Below, piece after piece: positions 9,305 through 20,540 of a DNA stretch of 64,000 nt. A program made the translations under genes and the position numbers. Under the pieces are notes generated by a model. The model was not told the DNA's origin, did no database searches, and worked only from the letters and a program-made list of their open reading frames with translations. Source of the DNA: an uncultured delta proteobacterium (lineage in GTDB: Bacteria; Bdellovibrionota; FAC87; UBA2466); the NCBI GenBank assembly GCA_963778115.1, contig CAVZSV010000005.1, positions 192,001 through 256,000 on the forward strand. The letters run 5' to 3'. The first letter of the stretch is position 1, and each line of letters starts with the position of its first letter.

Positions 9305-9405
9305 CCACTTTACCATCCGCGCCACCTGATTTGGTTACGAAACTTCTACGAAAGTACGCGTAAAAGTGTTACATATATGATGAAAGTACAATAAAATCAA
9401 AGACT

Positions 9406-10236
9406 GTGCCTGGTCAAAGAAAATACGCATTCTTCGCTTTGATAACATTATCCGTCTGCGTGCTGGCGCTCTATATTCATCGCCATCGCCAAGGTCAGAC
9501 CGGACGTATCGATAATCTTCTCATCTCCAGTGCTGGAGCGGTTCAGAAGCATCTATTCTACTTCAGCCACGGCTCCCGAACGATCCTTGACCACTACCTT
9601 CTTCTCGTAAACACCAAGCAACACAACGAGCAATTGGAAGCCGAGGTTGGCGAGTTACGCGGGCAGTTAACCGCGCTTAAAGAGATGGAACTAGAGAATG
9701 CGCGCTTAAGAGAGGCGTTGGACTTCAAAGCGCGTGCCGAACATCGTTTGGTCCCGGCCCACGTGATCGCTCACGATGTCTCGGGTGACTATTTTGAGAT
9801 ACGACTGGATCGAGGGACCGACGTGGGGGTGGAGAAGGGAATGGGGGTCATTAGCTCACACGGGGTGGTGGGGCGAGTGCTTCACGTGACCCCTCATTAC
9901 TCCGACGTCCTGACGCTCATCGATCCCACGAGTAGTATTGACGCTATCATTCAGCGCAGCCGGGCAAGAGGGATCTTATCCGGCCAGAGTAAACAATTGA
10001 CATGTAAATTGAAATATATCGAACGTCTAGACGACGTTCAGGTTAACGATACGATCTTATCTTCGGGCTACGACGATATCTTTCCCAAAGGATTGCTCAT
10101 GGGATATGTCACCGCCGTCTTGCCGAGTGCCAATGGGATACTGCAGACGGTCATGGTTAAGAGTGCCGTCGATATCTATCGACTGGAAGAGGTGTTCATT
10201 GTTTTTCCTGCCAGCGAGCCAAAAAAGACTTCTTAG
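9406..10236 (+). CDS. mreC: Rod shape-determining protein MreC
   Basis: TM + coiled coil (ELENARLREAL); LDRGTDVGVEKGMGVIS..GVVGRV; SSGYDDIFPKGLLMG. Confidence 0.93.
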   Translation: MPGQRKYAFFALITLSVCVLALYIHRHRQGQTGRIDNLLISSAGAVQKHLFYFSHGSRTILDHYLLLVNTKQHNEQLEAEVGELRGQLTALKEMELENARLREALDFKARAEHRLVPAHVIAHDVSGDYFEIRLDRGTDVGVEKGMGVISSHGVVGRVLHVTPHYSDVLTLIDPTSSIDAIIQRSRARGILSGQSKQLTCKLKYIERLDDVQVNDTILSSGYDDIFPKGLLMGYVTAVLPSANGILQTVMVKSAVDIYRLEEVFIVFPASEPKKTS

Positions 10237-10255
10237 CAGCCTGAACCCGTTGTTC

Positions 10256-10762
10256 ATGGTCTGCTTCGTCTTTAGCCTTATTCTTATTCGCACCACCATG
10301 GATCCGCTATTTCCGAGCTGGTTTCGTCATTGCGACGTGCTTTTGCCTTTTGTGGTCTATTTGGGACAGCGCCGAAATCTTCCCGAAGGACTGATTTTGA
10401 CCCTCTTTTCGAGCCATATTTTTTCGTTGTGCAGCGCGGCACCTATCGGGGTTTTTACCACGAACTATCTTTTGATCTTTATAGTGGCGCGGCTTCTTAG
10501 CTATGTTGTTTATGCTAACGGATCGCTTTCGATCTTAGTCCTTATCTTCTCTTTGACGTTACTTTCGCATTTCACTCTAGCGCTGATTGTGACTTTCTTT
10601 GGCCATTCCTGGGGCGTGTTTGCAGGGGGGATTTCGATTCTATTGCGTGCCTTGCTCAACTCCGCTCTTGGCGGCATTATTTATGGGAGCTTGGTTGTTT
10701 TGGATCGAATGACGTTTAAGGCCCCTAGAATTAATATCGAGCTTTCGGAAGGCGAGCTATGA
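10256..10762 (+). CDS. mreD: Rod shape-determining membrane protein MreD (start uncertain)
   Basis: Polytopic hydrophobic ORF between mreC and mrdA. Confidence 0.75.
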   Translation: MVCFVFSLILIRTTMDPLFPSWFRHCDVLLPFVVYLGQRRNLPEGLILTLFSSHIFSLCSAAPIGVFTTNYLLIFIVARLLSYVVYANGSLSILVLIFSLTLLSHFTLALIVTFFGHSWGVFAGGISILLRALLNSALGGIIYGSLVVLDRMTFKAPRINIELSEGEL

Positions 10763-12828
10763 TCGGTCGCGAGGACGAAGTCCGTGAGTACCGCGGACGC
10801 GTCAAAGCATTTTACTATATCGTGTTTTTTGCCCTCTGCTTGATAGGCAGTCGCCTTTTCTATCTTCAAATAATGAAAGGCGAGGACCTACGGAAATATT
10901 CGGATGGAAACCGACTTAAGAAGGAACGCCTCTTTGCCAGTCGGGGGATTATCTACGACAGGAACGGTAAAATTATCGTCGATAATCGAGCCTCTTTTGA
11001 TGTGGTTTTACTCTCTCAATATTATACCGCTTCTCCCCAAGCTAATAGCAAGCTAGCTAAAGCGCTTGATATCGATCTCGAAGATCTGGAAAAGCGAATT
11101 TCCAAGATCTCTAGAATGCCTAGCTTCTATCCCATTCTGCTAAAGGCGGACGTTTCGAAAGACGTCATTGCCGCGGTCGAAATGGGAGCTATTGATGGTG
11201 ATTTTAAAGGGGTGGATATCGAAGCTAATGTTCAGCGTCGCTATCCGATGAAGGAGATTTCAGCCCAGCTATTAGGATATATCGGCGAAGTAGACACTAA
11301 AGACATTGCGGCCGATCCTCGAAAGCAACTTCAGCCCGGCGATTACATCGGCAAGATGGGGATTGAGCGCTATTACGACAACTATCTTAGGGGCTCTAAC
11401 GGAGTCGGCTACGTGGAAGTCGATGCGACAGGACGGCGTAAGAAATCGGAAGGCGCTGAAAAACTTTTAGGCTTTGTGACTCAAGACGAGCCCGTTACGG
11501 GCAAAGATATCTATCTGACGTTGGATGTAAATTTAGAAAAGGCCGCGGCCGATGCTATGAAATCTCGAAATTACAACGGATCAGTGGTGGCACTTGATCC
11601 CAGAACCGGCGAGATTCTGGCGATGGTGAACTATCCTTCGTATGACCCTCAGTACATTTCAGGCCGTGAAGTAAACGCCAAAGTATGGAATCAACTTCGC
11701 GATGATCCGGATAGGCCATTAAGAAATCGGGCAATTCAAGATCACTATCCGCCGGGCTCGACGTTTAAGTTATTCCTTGCGATGGGAGTGTTGGGCGAGA
11801 AAAAAGCGACCGCCCATACCTCGGTGAATTGTACAGGTCAATTAAGGTTCGGAAAGCGAACGTTTGCTTGCTGGAAGCGACACGGGACAGTGGATCTGAT
11901 CCACGCCATCAAAGAGTCCTGTGACGTATTTTTTTACGAGCAAGGGCTTTCTCTGGGGATCGACGAAATCGCCAAATACGCCCGCATGTTCGGATTAGGA
12001 AGTCGAACAGGGCTCAATCTCGCAGGCGAGCAAAAAGGGCTAATTCCCGACAGTAAATGGAAAGAGCAACGCTATCACGAGGCGTGGCAGCCTGGGGAGA
12101 CCTTAAGCGTCGCCATCGGCCAAGGGGCTGTGGACGTGACTCCCATTCAATTGGTCGACGCTTATGCGGCTATTGGCAACGAAGGCTTTTTGTGGCGCCC
12201 GTTCATCGTGAAAAAGATTGAGGGCAAGAACGGGTCGACCATGGAGGAAACTAAGCCACAGTTGACGCGAAAAATTGAACTACCTCCTGAAGTTTTTCAA
12301 ACGGTCAAAGAGGGGCTCTTTAAGGTCGTCAACGAACCGGGGGGTACTGCGACTTCAGGGCACAGCACCAAGACCATTATTTCAGGAAAGACGGGAACGG
12401 CACAGGTCAAAACCTTTACTGACATGAAGCATGTCAACTGCGCCCAATTAGATCTTAAAGACCGACACCACGCTTGGTTTGTCGGATACGCGCCCCGAGA
12501 TAATCCTCAGATCGCGGTGGCGGCGATTGCGGAACATGCTTGCCATGGAACGGCTGCCTCGCATGTGGTTAAGGATGTTATCGATGCTTTCATGGACGAG
12601 CAAAATGCATTAGCCCAAGCTCAGACCCAAGCCAAAGCACAGGAGAAAACTCAGCAAGGATCAGTGGAGCCGGCTTCCACTACTACTTCGACTTCACTCG
12701 TGGCGCCGTTAGCAATACCTGCCGTGGGGCACGTGGTTTCTCCCAGTAAAGCATCCAAAAAGCCCGAACCGCTCGTCATTAAACCGTCGGAGCCGCCCAA
12801 AGTTGAGGGAACAAATGATGATGAGTGA
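10759..12828 (+). CDS. mrdA: Penicillin-binding protein 2
   Basis: RGIIYDRNG; GKMGIERYYD; YPPGSTFK (SxxK); SCD (SxN-like); KTGTAQ. Confidence 0.96.
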   Translation: MIGREDEVREYRGRVKAFYYIVFFALCLIGSRLFYLQIMKGEDLRKYSDGNRLKKERLFASRGIIYDRNGKIIVDNRASFDVVLLSQYYTASPQANSKLAKALDIDLEDLEKRISKISRMPSFYPILLKADVSKDVIAAVEMGAIDGDFKGVDIEANVQRRYPMKEISAQLLGYIGEVDTKDIAADPRKQLQPGDYIGKMGIERYYDNYLRGSNGVGYVEVDATGRRKKSEGAEKLLGFVTQDEPVTGKDIYLTLDVNLEKAAADAMKSRNYNGSVVALDPRTGEILAMVNYPSYDPQYISGREVNAKVWNQLRDDPDRPLRNRAIQDHYPPGSTFKLFLAMGVLGEKKATAHTSVNCTGQLRFGKRTFACWKRHGTVDLIHAIKESCDVFFYEQGLSLGIDEIAKYARMFGLGSRTGLNLAGEQKGLIPDSKWKEQRYHEAWQPGETLSVAIGQGAVDVTPIQLVDAYAAIGNEGFLWRPFIVKKIEGKNGSTMEETKPQLTRKIELPPEVFQTVKEGLFKVVNEPGGTATSGHSTKTIISGKTGTAQVKTFTDMKHVNCAQLDLKDRHHAWFVGYAPRDNPQIAVAAIAEHACHGTAASHVVKDVIDAFMDEQNALAQAQTQAKAQEKTQQGSVEPASTTTSTSLVAPLAIPAVGHVVSPSKASKKPEPLVIKPSEPPKVEGTNDDE

Positions 12829-12831
12829 CGA

Positions 12832-13935
12832 ATGCTAAAGACGGAAAATCAAAATGTAATAAAGACCTTTAACGTGGGCCTGGTCGTGTCCACACTTCTT
12901 GTCTTTTTGGTGGGAAGTCTCACCCTCTACAGCGCGACCAAAGGATTAGGTTACGTGGGGCTGTACCGGGCCCAGTTGATATGGTTTTTACTGGGAACGG
13001 GAGTCGGAGCCCTTTTGCTTTTTCTGGACTCCCAAATCCTTGAGAAGCTTTCTTATCCTCTTTACGGAATCTGTTTGATTTTGCTGATGGTGGTGCTGGT
13101 TATCGGCAATATCGGGGGCGGATCCCAGCGTTGGTTAAATCTTGGTTTTTTTCGTCTCCAACCTTCGGAGTTTGCGAAACTTGCGATTATTTTAACGTTC
13201 GCCAAATATTTTGCGGATGATAAGAAAGGGCCTCCCTATACACTACGCAGACTGATTGTCCCCGGTATTATTCTTTTTCCGTATGTCATTTTGATCTTAA
13301 AGCAGCCAGATATCGGAACCGCTGGAATTTTATTTCTGGTAGCGGCTTCGATGGTGCTATTTCTTAAAGTATATTGGAAATCGCTTTTGATAGTGTTTGT
13401 AGCAGCGGGAATTATGCTCCCGCTCGCCTATAAATTCGCTTTGAGAGATTATCAAAGGGAGAGGGTTCATACTTTTCTGGATCCCGGAAGAGATCCCAGA
13501 GGCAGCGGATACAATGCCCTTCAATGTAAGATAGCGGTCGGTTCCGGCCAGTTGTTCGGCAAAGGGTTTCTAAAGGGAACGCAGGCCCAGGGAAATTTCA
13601 TTCCCGAGCAGCATACGGACTTTATTTTTTCGGTGTTTGCCGAAGAGCGTGGTTTTGTAGGGGGTATCGTCTTACTAGTCTTATATTTCATGTACTGCGT
13701 ATTTGCCTTAAGAACCGTCTCCCGAACGCGGGACAAATTTCAGATGCTTTTAGCGTTTGGCTGCACGGCCCTTATGTTCTGGCACGTTTTTATCAATATC
13801 GGCATGGTGAGTGGGGTACTGCCTATTGTGGGGGTAACGCTTCCGTTATTTAGTTACGGGGGCTCGTCGTTAATGACGTTTATGATTAGTACGGCGTTGC
13901 TGCTGAATTTGAGTCGGAAGAGGTATATTTTCTAG
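12832..13935 (+). CDS. rodA: SEDS peptidoglycan glycosyltransferase RodA
   Basis: GSQRWL, QPSEFAK, QPDIGT, PEQHTDFIFSVFAEERG, LPLFSYGGSS. Confidence 0.96.
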   Translation: MLKTENQNVIKTFNVGLVVSTLLVFLVGSLTLYSATKGLGYVGLYRAQLIWFLLGTGVGALLLFLDSQILEKLSYPLYGICLILLMVVLVIGNIGGGSQRWLNLGFFRLQPSEFAKLAIILTFAKYFADDKKGPPYTLRRLIVPGIILFPYVILILKQPDIGTAGILFLVAASMVLFLKVYWKSLLIVFVAAGIMLPLAYKFALRDYQRERVHTFLDPGRDPRGSGYNALQCKIAVGSGQLFGKGFLKGTQAQGNFIPEQHTDFIFSVFAEERGFVGGIVLLVLYFMYCVFALRTVSRTRDKFQMLLAFGCTALMFWHVFINIGMVSGVLPIVGVTLPLFSYGGSSLMTFMISTALLLNLSRKRYIF

Positions 13936-13951
13936 CTATTAAGATTCATTG

Positions 13952-16900
13952 TTAAACGACGCGACGATACTCCCCCCCCACTTCATACAACGCATGCGTC
14001 ATCTGCCCCAGCGAACATACTCTGGAAGCTTCTAACAGCGCCTCAAACAGATTTCCTCCGACTCTAGCTGTCTCTTTTAATTTTGCCAGAGCCGCTTTAG
14101 CTTCATTCGCGTGCACCGCCTGAAATTTGCGCAGGTGATCGATCTGCTCTTTTTTCTCCGCGGGAGTTGCGCGCGTCAATTGCGAATCTGATACCGTAGA
14201 AGACGCATCCGCCTTAGGATTAAGAAACGTGTTAACGCCCACGATAGGCAGTTCGCCTGAGTGTTTGCGGTGTTCGTAATAGAGCGACTCTTCTTGGATG
14301 CGCGATCTTTGGTAGTGCGTTTCCATGGCTCCTAAGACTCCACCTCGCATCGAAATCCTGTCGAATTCAGCGAGGACCGCTTCTTCCACCAAGTCCGTCA
14401 GTTCTTCGATGAAAAAACTTCCCTGAAGGGGGTTTTCGTTTTTCGCCCAGCCTAACTCCTTGGAGATAATCATCTGAATCGCCATGGCTCGCCTTACACT
14501 CTCTTCGGTGGGCGTGGTCACCGCTTCGTCGTAAGCGTTCGTATGCAAGGAGTTGCAATGATCGAAATAGGCGATGAGCGCTTGGAGGGTGGTTCGGATG
14601 TCATTGAAACTAATCTCTTGAGCGTGGAGCGATCTCCCTGAAGTCTGGATGTGGTACTTCAATTTCTGGCTTCGCTCTTTCGCTTGATACCGGTACTTCA
14701 TGGCAATGGACCAGATTCTACGAGCTACTCGTCCAATGACGGTGTATTCAGCGTCGAGGCCGTTACTGAAAAAGAAGCTAAAATTAGGGGCGAAATCGTC
14801 GATATTCATGCCGCGCGCCATGTAATATTCCGCAAAGGTAAATCCGTTGGCCAGAGTAAACGCCAGTTGGCTAATAGGGTTAGCTCCGGCTTCGGCGATA
14901 TGGTAGCCGCTGATGCTCACCGAATAGTAATTGCGGATCTGATGATCGATAAAATATTGCTGGATATCCCCCATCATCCTCAGGGCAAACTCGGTGGAAA
15001 AGATGCAGGTATTTTGGGCCTGATCCTCTTTAAGGATGTCTGCTTGAACGGTTCCACGGACTTTCTTAAGGGTATCGGCTTTGATCTTTTGCCATTCTTC
15101 GGGAGTGGGAGATTTGCCCGTCTCTTTGGTGAATCTGTCCACTTGCTGATCGATAGCGGTATTAAAGTAAAAGGCTAGAAGCATGGGAGCAGGGCCGTTG
15201 ATCGTCATCGACACTGAAGTATTGGGATCGCACAAATCAAATCCCTGGTAGAGGCGCTTGGCATCGTCCAACGTACAAACGCTGACCCCGCTTTCCCCTA
15301 CCTTGCCGTAGATGTCGGGACGTTCATCGGGATCCTGCCCGTAAAGCGTCACACTATCGAAAGCGGTGGAAAGTCGCTTGGCCTTCTCTCCTTCACAAAG
15401 AAGATGAAATCTGCGGTTAGTCCTAGCGGGGGTTCCTTCACCCGCGAATTGGCGCTTAGGATCTTCTTCGGATCGCTTAAACGGGAATACTCCCCCCGTA
15501 TAGGGAAAATAGCCTGGCAAATTTTCTCGCAATATAAATTTGGCTTGGTCCGCCTTTGAAAGAAAATGGGGGGGGACGATACGACGGATCTTATTCTGAC
15601 TAAGGCTCAAGGTTACCGTCGGGACATTGATATCTTGATCTCTGACTGGGTATCGGTATGTCTCGTTGGAGTAATCACTCTCTCTTTTGCGATAGTCCAG
15701 GATGGCTTTGGCGAACTCAGGGTCGAGTTGCGTTTGTCGTAAGGTCACGGCGCGTTTGAGGGCTTCTTGGACCTGGCTAGAAAGGGAAGCATCCTGACTT
15801 GCTATCTCAAGGGCCTCCAAGCTCTTTATTTGAGAAGCCGTCGCTAGTGCACGACGATGGTAATCGCGGACGGTATTAGAAATTTCGGACAGATAAAGCG
15901 ATCGGGTCTTGGGAATCAGTCCGAAATGGTCTTTTTCGTCGGGCTCAAAGGGTGTTGTGAGCGCTTTAGGCTCTGCGTGCGTGGCCTTTAGCGTATAAAG
16001 GTAATTAAAAGCCGCATCGACGCCGGGGTCCCCGAAGCGAGAGGCGATGGTTCCAAAAACGGGGTACTGGGAAGAAGAGAGGTTCTCAAATTCCCGATGG
16101 TTGCGGCGGAACTGGCGGCGAACCTCGTTAAGCGCATCAAGACTTCCTGATTTATCAAACTTATTGATCACCACCAAGTTCGCGTAATCGAGCATGTTGA
16201 TCTTTTCTAGCTGTGTAGGGGCTCCAAATTCGCTTGTCATGACATACAAATTCACATCGACCAAATCCACGATGGAAGTATCTGCTTGGCCGATGCCCCC
16301 GGTTTCTACAAAGATCCAGTCGAAGCCCGCATTTCTCAAAAGTAAGACGGCCTCCTTCGTGGCGTTGGATACCGAGACATTGGCCTCTCGGGTGGCAAAC
16401 GATCGCATAAAGCAACGGGGGTTTTTTAGACTATTCATTCTGAGCCTATCGCCCAGGAGTGCTCCACCGGTCTTCTTACGTGTTGGATCAATGGCCAGGA
16501 CCGCTATTCGAGTGGTAGCGTCTTTTTCGAGTAGTCTTAGAAGCAGTTCATCGGTAAGCGAAGATTTTCCGGCCCCTCCGGTGCCTGTGATCCCCACGAC
16601 CGTTGCCTTTCCTTTCTCGGGGGTTAAGGAGTTTCTTAGTTCAAGATAATCTTTCTTATGCGCGGGAGTGCTCGCAAATCCTTTTTCTCCAAGTTCAATG
16701 CAAGTAAGGGCTTGCCCCAAAGATTTTTCACTCGATCGGAATTGACCCAGCTTCAGCCAGTCTACGTTTTCGAGCGGAGAAAAATCGGACCGTTCGAGCA
16801 TGTGGTTGATAAGACCTTGCAGTCCCAAGGTTCGTCCGTCTTCAGGGGAGTAAAGTTTAGCGACACCATAGTGTTCCAGCTGTTTAATCTCACTGGGGGT

Positions 16901-17251
16901 GATCGTCCCCCCGCCTCCTCCGAAGACGCGGATATGAGAGCAGTGGGCGTCTTTGAGAAGATCGATGGCGTACTTAAAAAACTCCATGTGGCCACCTTGG
17001 TAGCTACTGATGGCGATCCCTTGAGCGTCTTCTTGGATGGCGGCATGGACGATTTCATAAACCGATCGGTTGTGCCCCAAATGAATCACTTCGGCACCGG
17101 AACTCTGTAAGATCCGGCGCATGATATTGATGGAAGCATCATGGCCATCGAAGAGAGAGGCCGCCGTAACGAATCTAACCCGATGTTTAAGAACGACGGG
17201 TAGGGCTAGAGGGGGCAGTTGGCTGACTGTGGGACTTTTCGGTGGTGTCAT
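13952..17251 (-). CDS. icmF: Fused isobutyryl-CoA mutase/MeaB-like GTPase IcmF
   Basis: B12-binding [16 protein letters not shown]; GTPase [12 protein letters not shown]; mutase [38 protein letters not shown]; 1099 aa. Confidence 0.95.
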   Translation of the reverse strand: MTPPKSPTVSQLPPLALPVVLKHRVRFVTAASLFDGHDASINIMRRILQSSGAEVIHLGHNRSVYEIVHAAIQEDAQGIAISSYQGGHMEFFKYAIDLLKDAHCSHIRVFGGGGGTITPSEIKQLEHYGVAKLYSPEDGRTLGLQGLINHMLERSDFSPLENVDWLKLGQFRSSEKSLGQALTCIELGEKGFASTPAHKKDYLELRNSLTPEKGKATVVGITGTGGAGKSSLTDELLLRLLEKDATTRIAVLAIDPTRKKTGGALLGDRLRMNSLKNPRCFMRSFATREANVSVSNATKEAVLLLRNAGFDWIFVETGGIGQADTSIVDLVDVNLYVMTSEFGAPTQLEKINMLDYANLVVINKFDKSGSLDALNEVRRQFRRNHREFENLSSSQYPVFGTIASRFGDPGVDAAFNYLYTLKATHAEPKALTTPFEPDEKDHFGLIPKTRSLYLSEISNTVRDYHRRALATASQIKSLEALEIASQDASLSSQVQEALKRAVTLRQTQLDPEFAKAILDYRKRESDYSNETYRYPVRDQDINVPTVTLSLSQNKIRRIVPPHFLSKADQAKFILRENLPGYFPYTGGVFPFKRSEEDPKRQFAGEGTPARTNRRFHLLCEGEKAKRLSTAFDSVTLYGQDPDERPDIYGKVGESGVSVCTLDDAKRLYQGFDLCDPNTSVSMTINGPAPMLLAFYFNTAIDQQVDRFTKETGKSPTPEEWQKIKADTLKKVRGTVQADILKEDQAQNTCIFSTEFALRMMGDIQQYFIDHQIRNYYSVSISGYHIAEAGANPISQLAFTLANGFTFAEYYMARGMNIDDFAPNFSFFFSNGLDAEYTVIGRVARRIWSIAMKYRYQAKERSQKLKYHIQTSGRSLHAQEISFNDIRTTLQALIAYFDHCNSLHTNAYDEAVTTPTEESVRRAMAIQMIISKELGWAKNENPLQGSFFIEELTDLVEEAVLAEFDRISMRGGVLGAMETHYQRSRIQEESLYYEHRKHSGELPIVGVNTFLNPKADASSTVSDSQLTRATPAEKKEQIDHLRKFQAVHANEAKAALAKLKETARVGGNLFEALLEASRVCSLGQMTHALYEVGGEYRRVV

Positions 17252-17446
17252 GATTATGGATTCAAGTGTTTCGAGCCGCGTCTATTCGTGTTCATTCGCT
17301 TCTATTCTCTTATCGGGTGTTCTCGGGATTCCCAAGAGAATAGGAGAGGTTAAGGACTATTTCTAAACTAAGATCGGTGTTAAGTATAGCTGTGCCGCTA
17401 CAAAGGAGAAACAAGCAGTGGGTAACGTAAGTAAGGTTATGCGACC

Positions 17447-18631
17447 ATGAGTGGAATCAAAGAGCTTCGCTTAATAGAAACCGCCGAAGAGCTAGCTCCT
17501 GTGGTTGACGCGTTACGCCAGGAAACCTCGATGGGCATCGATACCGAATTTATTCGTGAGACGACCTTCTATCCGAAGGTGGCTCTCATCCAAGTCGCCA
17601 CCGATAAAGCGGCCTGGCTTGTCGACCCCACCACGTTTACGCCTGAGACGCTAAAGCCGCTCCTTGACGTATTGGCTGACGAAAAGATTCTCAAAATCAT
17701 GCATGCAGCGCACTCCGATCAGGAGTGTTTCCATACGGCCTATCAGATGACGATTCACCCCGTCTTGGATAGTGCGGTTGCCGCGGCCCTCTTGGGGATG
17801 GGAGATAATTTAGGATTAGGGCGCCTATTAAAAGATCTCTTGAATATAAATCTGCCCAAAGGAAGGGCGAGGGCTCGATGGCTAGCGCGTCCTTTGTCGC
17901 CGGAGCTTTTGGAATATGCCGAACACGACGTGCTTTATTTGGTGAGGTTGGGAGAGATTCTCATAGAACGCCTTAAAGCGAAGGGGCGATATGAATGGGC
18001 GCTTGAAGAAAGCGTTGTGGATGCGGCCGTTTTTGATCAGACCCCTGAAGAGATGGCGCGTAAGATAGCCAAGAGCGGGCAGATCGATCCTAATAGTTAT
18101 TGCGTGCTTGTGGAGTTATTGGCATGGAGAGAGGGCAGGGCACGGCGATCGGATCTACCGCGCGCGTGGGTGGCCGACAACGAAACCATCATTGCGCTTT
18201 CCAAAGTAAAACCCAAATCTATCGAAGAGCTTAAGTCGTTTCGGGGGTTAAAGCCTAAAGAGGTGGAAAAGAACGGGAATTTTATTCTCGAGGCCGTACG
18301 CAAAGGAATTCAGGCTCCCAACCACTCTTACCCCAAGGTCCACCGATCTCCGACCAAGACAGACCGAGAGGAACACATCGTCGATCTTATTTTGTCTTAC
18401 ATCTCATTCTTGGGGGCTCGTTACGAGATCGCTAATCGATTTCTACTAAGCTCACAAAAGGCGTATCCCCTTTGGGTCCGCGCCGCCGAATCACCTGAGT
18501 CGTGGGTGACGGACGGTCTTATCTCGTCGAATGCGAATGCGCTTATCGGCAACGAATTAAAAGCCCTGATGGACGGCAAACGAGGCCTGGCTATCCGAAA
18601 TGGAAGGGTTGAGATTCTAGAATTGCCTTAA
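17447..18631 (+). CDS. rnd: Ribonuclease D (3'-5' exonuclease + HRDC)
   Basis: IDTEFIRETTFYPKVALIQ; WLARPLSPELLEYAEHDV; LLAWREGRARRSDLPRAWV. Confidence 0.92.
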   Translation: MSGIKELRLIETAEELAPVVDALRQETSMGIDTEFIRETTFYPKVALIQVATDKAAWLVDPTTFTPETLKPLLDVLADEKILKIMHAAHSDQECFHTAYQMTIHPVLDSAVAAALLGMGDNLGLGRLLKDLLNINLPKGRARARWLARPLSPELLEYAEHDVLYLVRLGEILIERLKAKGRYEWALEESVVDAAVFDQTPEEMARKIAKSGQIDPNSYCVLVELLAWREGRARRSDLPRAWVADNETIIALSKVKPKSIEELKSFRGLKPKEVEKNGNFILEAVRKGIQAPNHSYPKVHRSPTKTDREEHIVDLILSYISFLGARYEIANRFLLSSQKAYPLWVRAAESPESWVTDGLISSNANALIGNELKALMDGKRGLAIRNGRVEILELP

Positions 18632-18637
18632 CGGGCC

Positions 18638-18922
18638 CTAATAGGAATGTCTAGGACGCTCGATCTGGCAGAGGTTCAAAGACCCTGAGGTTTCTTGCTG
18701 AAAGTATTTTGCGATTTGAAGACAGTCATCCCTGCAATCATCTTCTTCTTCGCCATCTCTGACACACTGATCGAGACAGGTTGTTCCCGAGCTACAATCG
18801 GAGCCGACACAGATGGGATGGCTCACTTGATCTTGGTTTTGGTTGGCAACATCATCGGCCAAGCAGGCCACGGTGACCAACGCTAAAGCGAAAAGAACCA
18901 GTCCGGAAAGCGAAATTCGCAT
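18638..18922 (-). CDS. Small secreted cysteine-rich acidic protein (94 aa)
   Basis: GGGGGAG RBS; signal-peptide-like MRISLSGLVLFALALVTVACLA; CVGSDC/CLDQC/CRDDC pattern. Confidence 0.6.
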   Translation of the reverse strand: MRISLSGLVLFALALVTVACLADDVANQNQDQVSHPICVGSDCSSGTTCLDQCVRDGEEEDDCRDDCLQIAKYFQQETSGSLNLCQIERPRHSY

Positions 18923-19038
18923 ACTCCCCCCTACCGCGATATCCCAATAAGGATCGTAGAAGAAGAGTGTGCAGCAATAGTGAAACAATCTTTGCGTTTT
19001 GCGGGAATGCTTTTAAGAAACCATTAGATTTTTAAAAG

Positions 19039-19182
19039 CTATCTGGCTTGAGCTTCGAGCTGGTGGACATGAAGACCGGCATCGCTCCAGCCCATCGATT
19101 CTGACTTTGCGTGTGTATTTTCAATAAGTTGGGTGAAAATGAGGGCCCCTACCAATACCAGTGCCGTGATAAAGTAACGCAT
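19039..19182 (-). CDS. Unannotated 47-aa small protein with a signal-peptide-like N-terminus
   Basis: MRYFITALVLVGALIFTQLIENTHAKSESMGWSDAGLHVHQLEAQAR; GGAGG RBS 5 nt before the ATG; sigma-54 motif upstream. Confidence 0.55.
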   Translation of the reverse strand: MRYFITALVLVGALIFTQLIENTHAKSESMGWSDAGLHVHQLEAQAR

Positions 19183-19222
19183 CAATACCTCCGTAACTGC
19201 TTTGCTTATAGCTTAATGGCTT

Positions 19223-19238
19223 TGCAACCCGCGTGCCC
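19223..19238 (-). promoter_or_regulatory. Putative sigma-54 promoter for the 47-aa ORF
   Basis: Minus strand GGGCACGCGGGTTGCA = GG-N10-GC with GGCAC/TTGCA. Confidence 0.55.
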
Positions 19239-19390
19239 CGGGCACTTAGCTTGGCGGAGGGATCTTTTGCCGCAAAACGCTGCAGGTCTTGGGTTCGTTT
19301 TTCAGCCAACCTCCTTAGATCGTAGCGATTTGCGAAGGGAACTTTTTTTTCTGAGCCTTTCGCGGTTTTTCCGCTATATCTACGCGTTGC

Positions 19391-20536
19391 ATGGAAGCGA
19401 TTCCCCCTATTCAGGTCCTTAGAAACTCTCCCCATCCGTGGTTCCTATGGAAGGACGTGACCAAGCCACAGGCTCGGGTTCCCCCGGGATCGGTCGTTGA
19501 GATTATCGACAGATCGGGACAGTGGCTGGGGCGAGGTTTTTATAATGGCCACGCCCGAATTCGGCTTCGGGTATTAACTCGATCGGCGGGGGAAGCCGTT
19601 GATAAGACTTTTTTTGAAACCAGGCTCGAGCGAGCCTTGGAATGGCGGCAGCGGTTGCGGCTGGCGGAGGTCACCAATACCTACCGTGTCGTAAACGCGG
19701 AAGGGGACGGTCTTGGCGGGTTGGTGATCGATCGTTTTGATGACCTGTGGGTCATCGAATATTTTTCGGCGGGAATGTATCGCTTTCGCACGGTCATAAA
19801 AGAGGTCTTATCCAAACACTTCCCCACGGCTTGCTTTTATGAATTTGCCGAACGACACATCCAAAAGCAGGAATCGTTTGATTGCCGAGCGCAAGAACTT
19901 CCTCCGACTCGGTTGGTTAGGGAATATGGTGTGAACTTTGAAGTGGTCCCGGGCTCTTTGCACAAGACCGGATTTTTCACCGATCAGAGAGATAATCGCC
20001 AAAAGGTCGCCGAATGGAGTAGGGGAAAGACGATTTTAGATATCTGCAGCCATAGTGGTGGATTTGCCATTGCAGCTCTTAAAGCGGGCGCGACCCGAGC
20101 GGTGGGTTTAGATAAGGATCCTGCTTCGATTGAGATTGCTGCCCGAAATGCATCGCTCAACGAAGTGAAAGGGGAATGGATAAATGCCGATCTTCTGGAT
20201 TGGCTGCCTGCCTCGCCGGAAACCTTCGATACCGTAGTATTGGACCCCCCGAAACAGACCCGATCGCGGGAGGGTTTAGCGTTTGCCCTTAAGAACTATT
20301 ATGAAATGAATCGACTCGCTTTGCGTCGGGTGGCCCCGGGAGGGATCTTATTTACGTGCTCCTGTACGGGATTGGTAAAAGAATCACAGTTCTTGGAGGC
20401 CTTTGCCCAGGCCGCTACGGCGAGTCGTCGCCAAGTTCAGATCTTTCACTTAAGTGGAGCAGGTGCAGATCATCCCTTTTTGGCGGATGTTCCGGAAGGC
20501 AGGTATCTCAAAGCCATTGCTTCCCGAGTGGTGTGA
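19391..20536 (+). CDS. RlmI-like class I SAM-dependent rRNA methyltransferase (PUA domain)
   Basis: HPW; RVVNAEGDGLGGLVIDRF; HKTGFFTDQRDNR; VVLDPPK; DHP...PEGRYLK. Confidence 0.88.
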   Translation: MEAIPPIQVLRNSPHPWFLWKDVTKPQARVPPGSVVEIIDRSGQWLGRGFYNGHARIRLRVLTRSAGEAVDKTFFETRLERALEWRQRLRLAEVTNTYRVVNAEGDGLGGLVIDRFDDLWVIEYFSAGMYRFRTVIKEVLSKHFPTACFYEFAERHIQKQESFDCRAQELPPTRLVREYGVNFEVVPGSLHKTGFFTDQRDNRQKVAEWSRGKTILDICSHSGGFAIAALKAGATRAVGLDKDPASIEIAARNASLNEVKGEWINADLLDWLPASPETFDTVVLDPPKQTRSREGLAFALKNYYEMNRLALRRVAPGGILFTCSCTGLVKESQFLEAFAQAATASRRQVQIFHLSGAGADHPFLADVPEGRYLKAIASRVV

Positions 20537-20540
20537 GACT

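Noticed and set aside
13952..17251. Multiple antisense ORFs over icmF (and similar shadow ORFs elsewhere)
   Set aside because: They lie wholly opposite or within strongly supported genes and show no recognisable motifs
19111..19435. ORFs 19111..19422 (+) and 19121..19435 (-)
   Set aside because: No RBS or family features; they overlap the better-supported 47-aa ORF and its promoter
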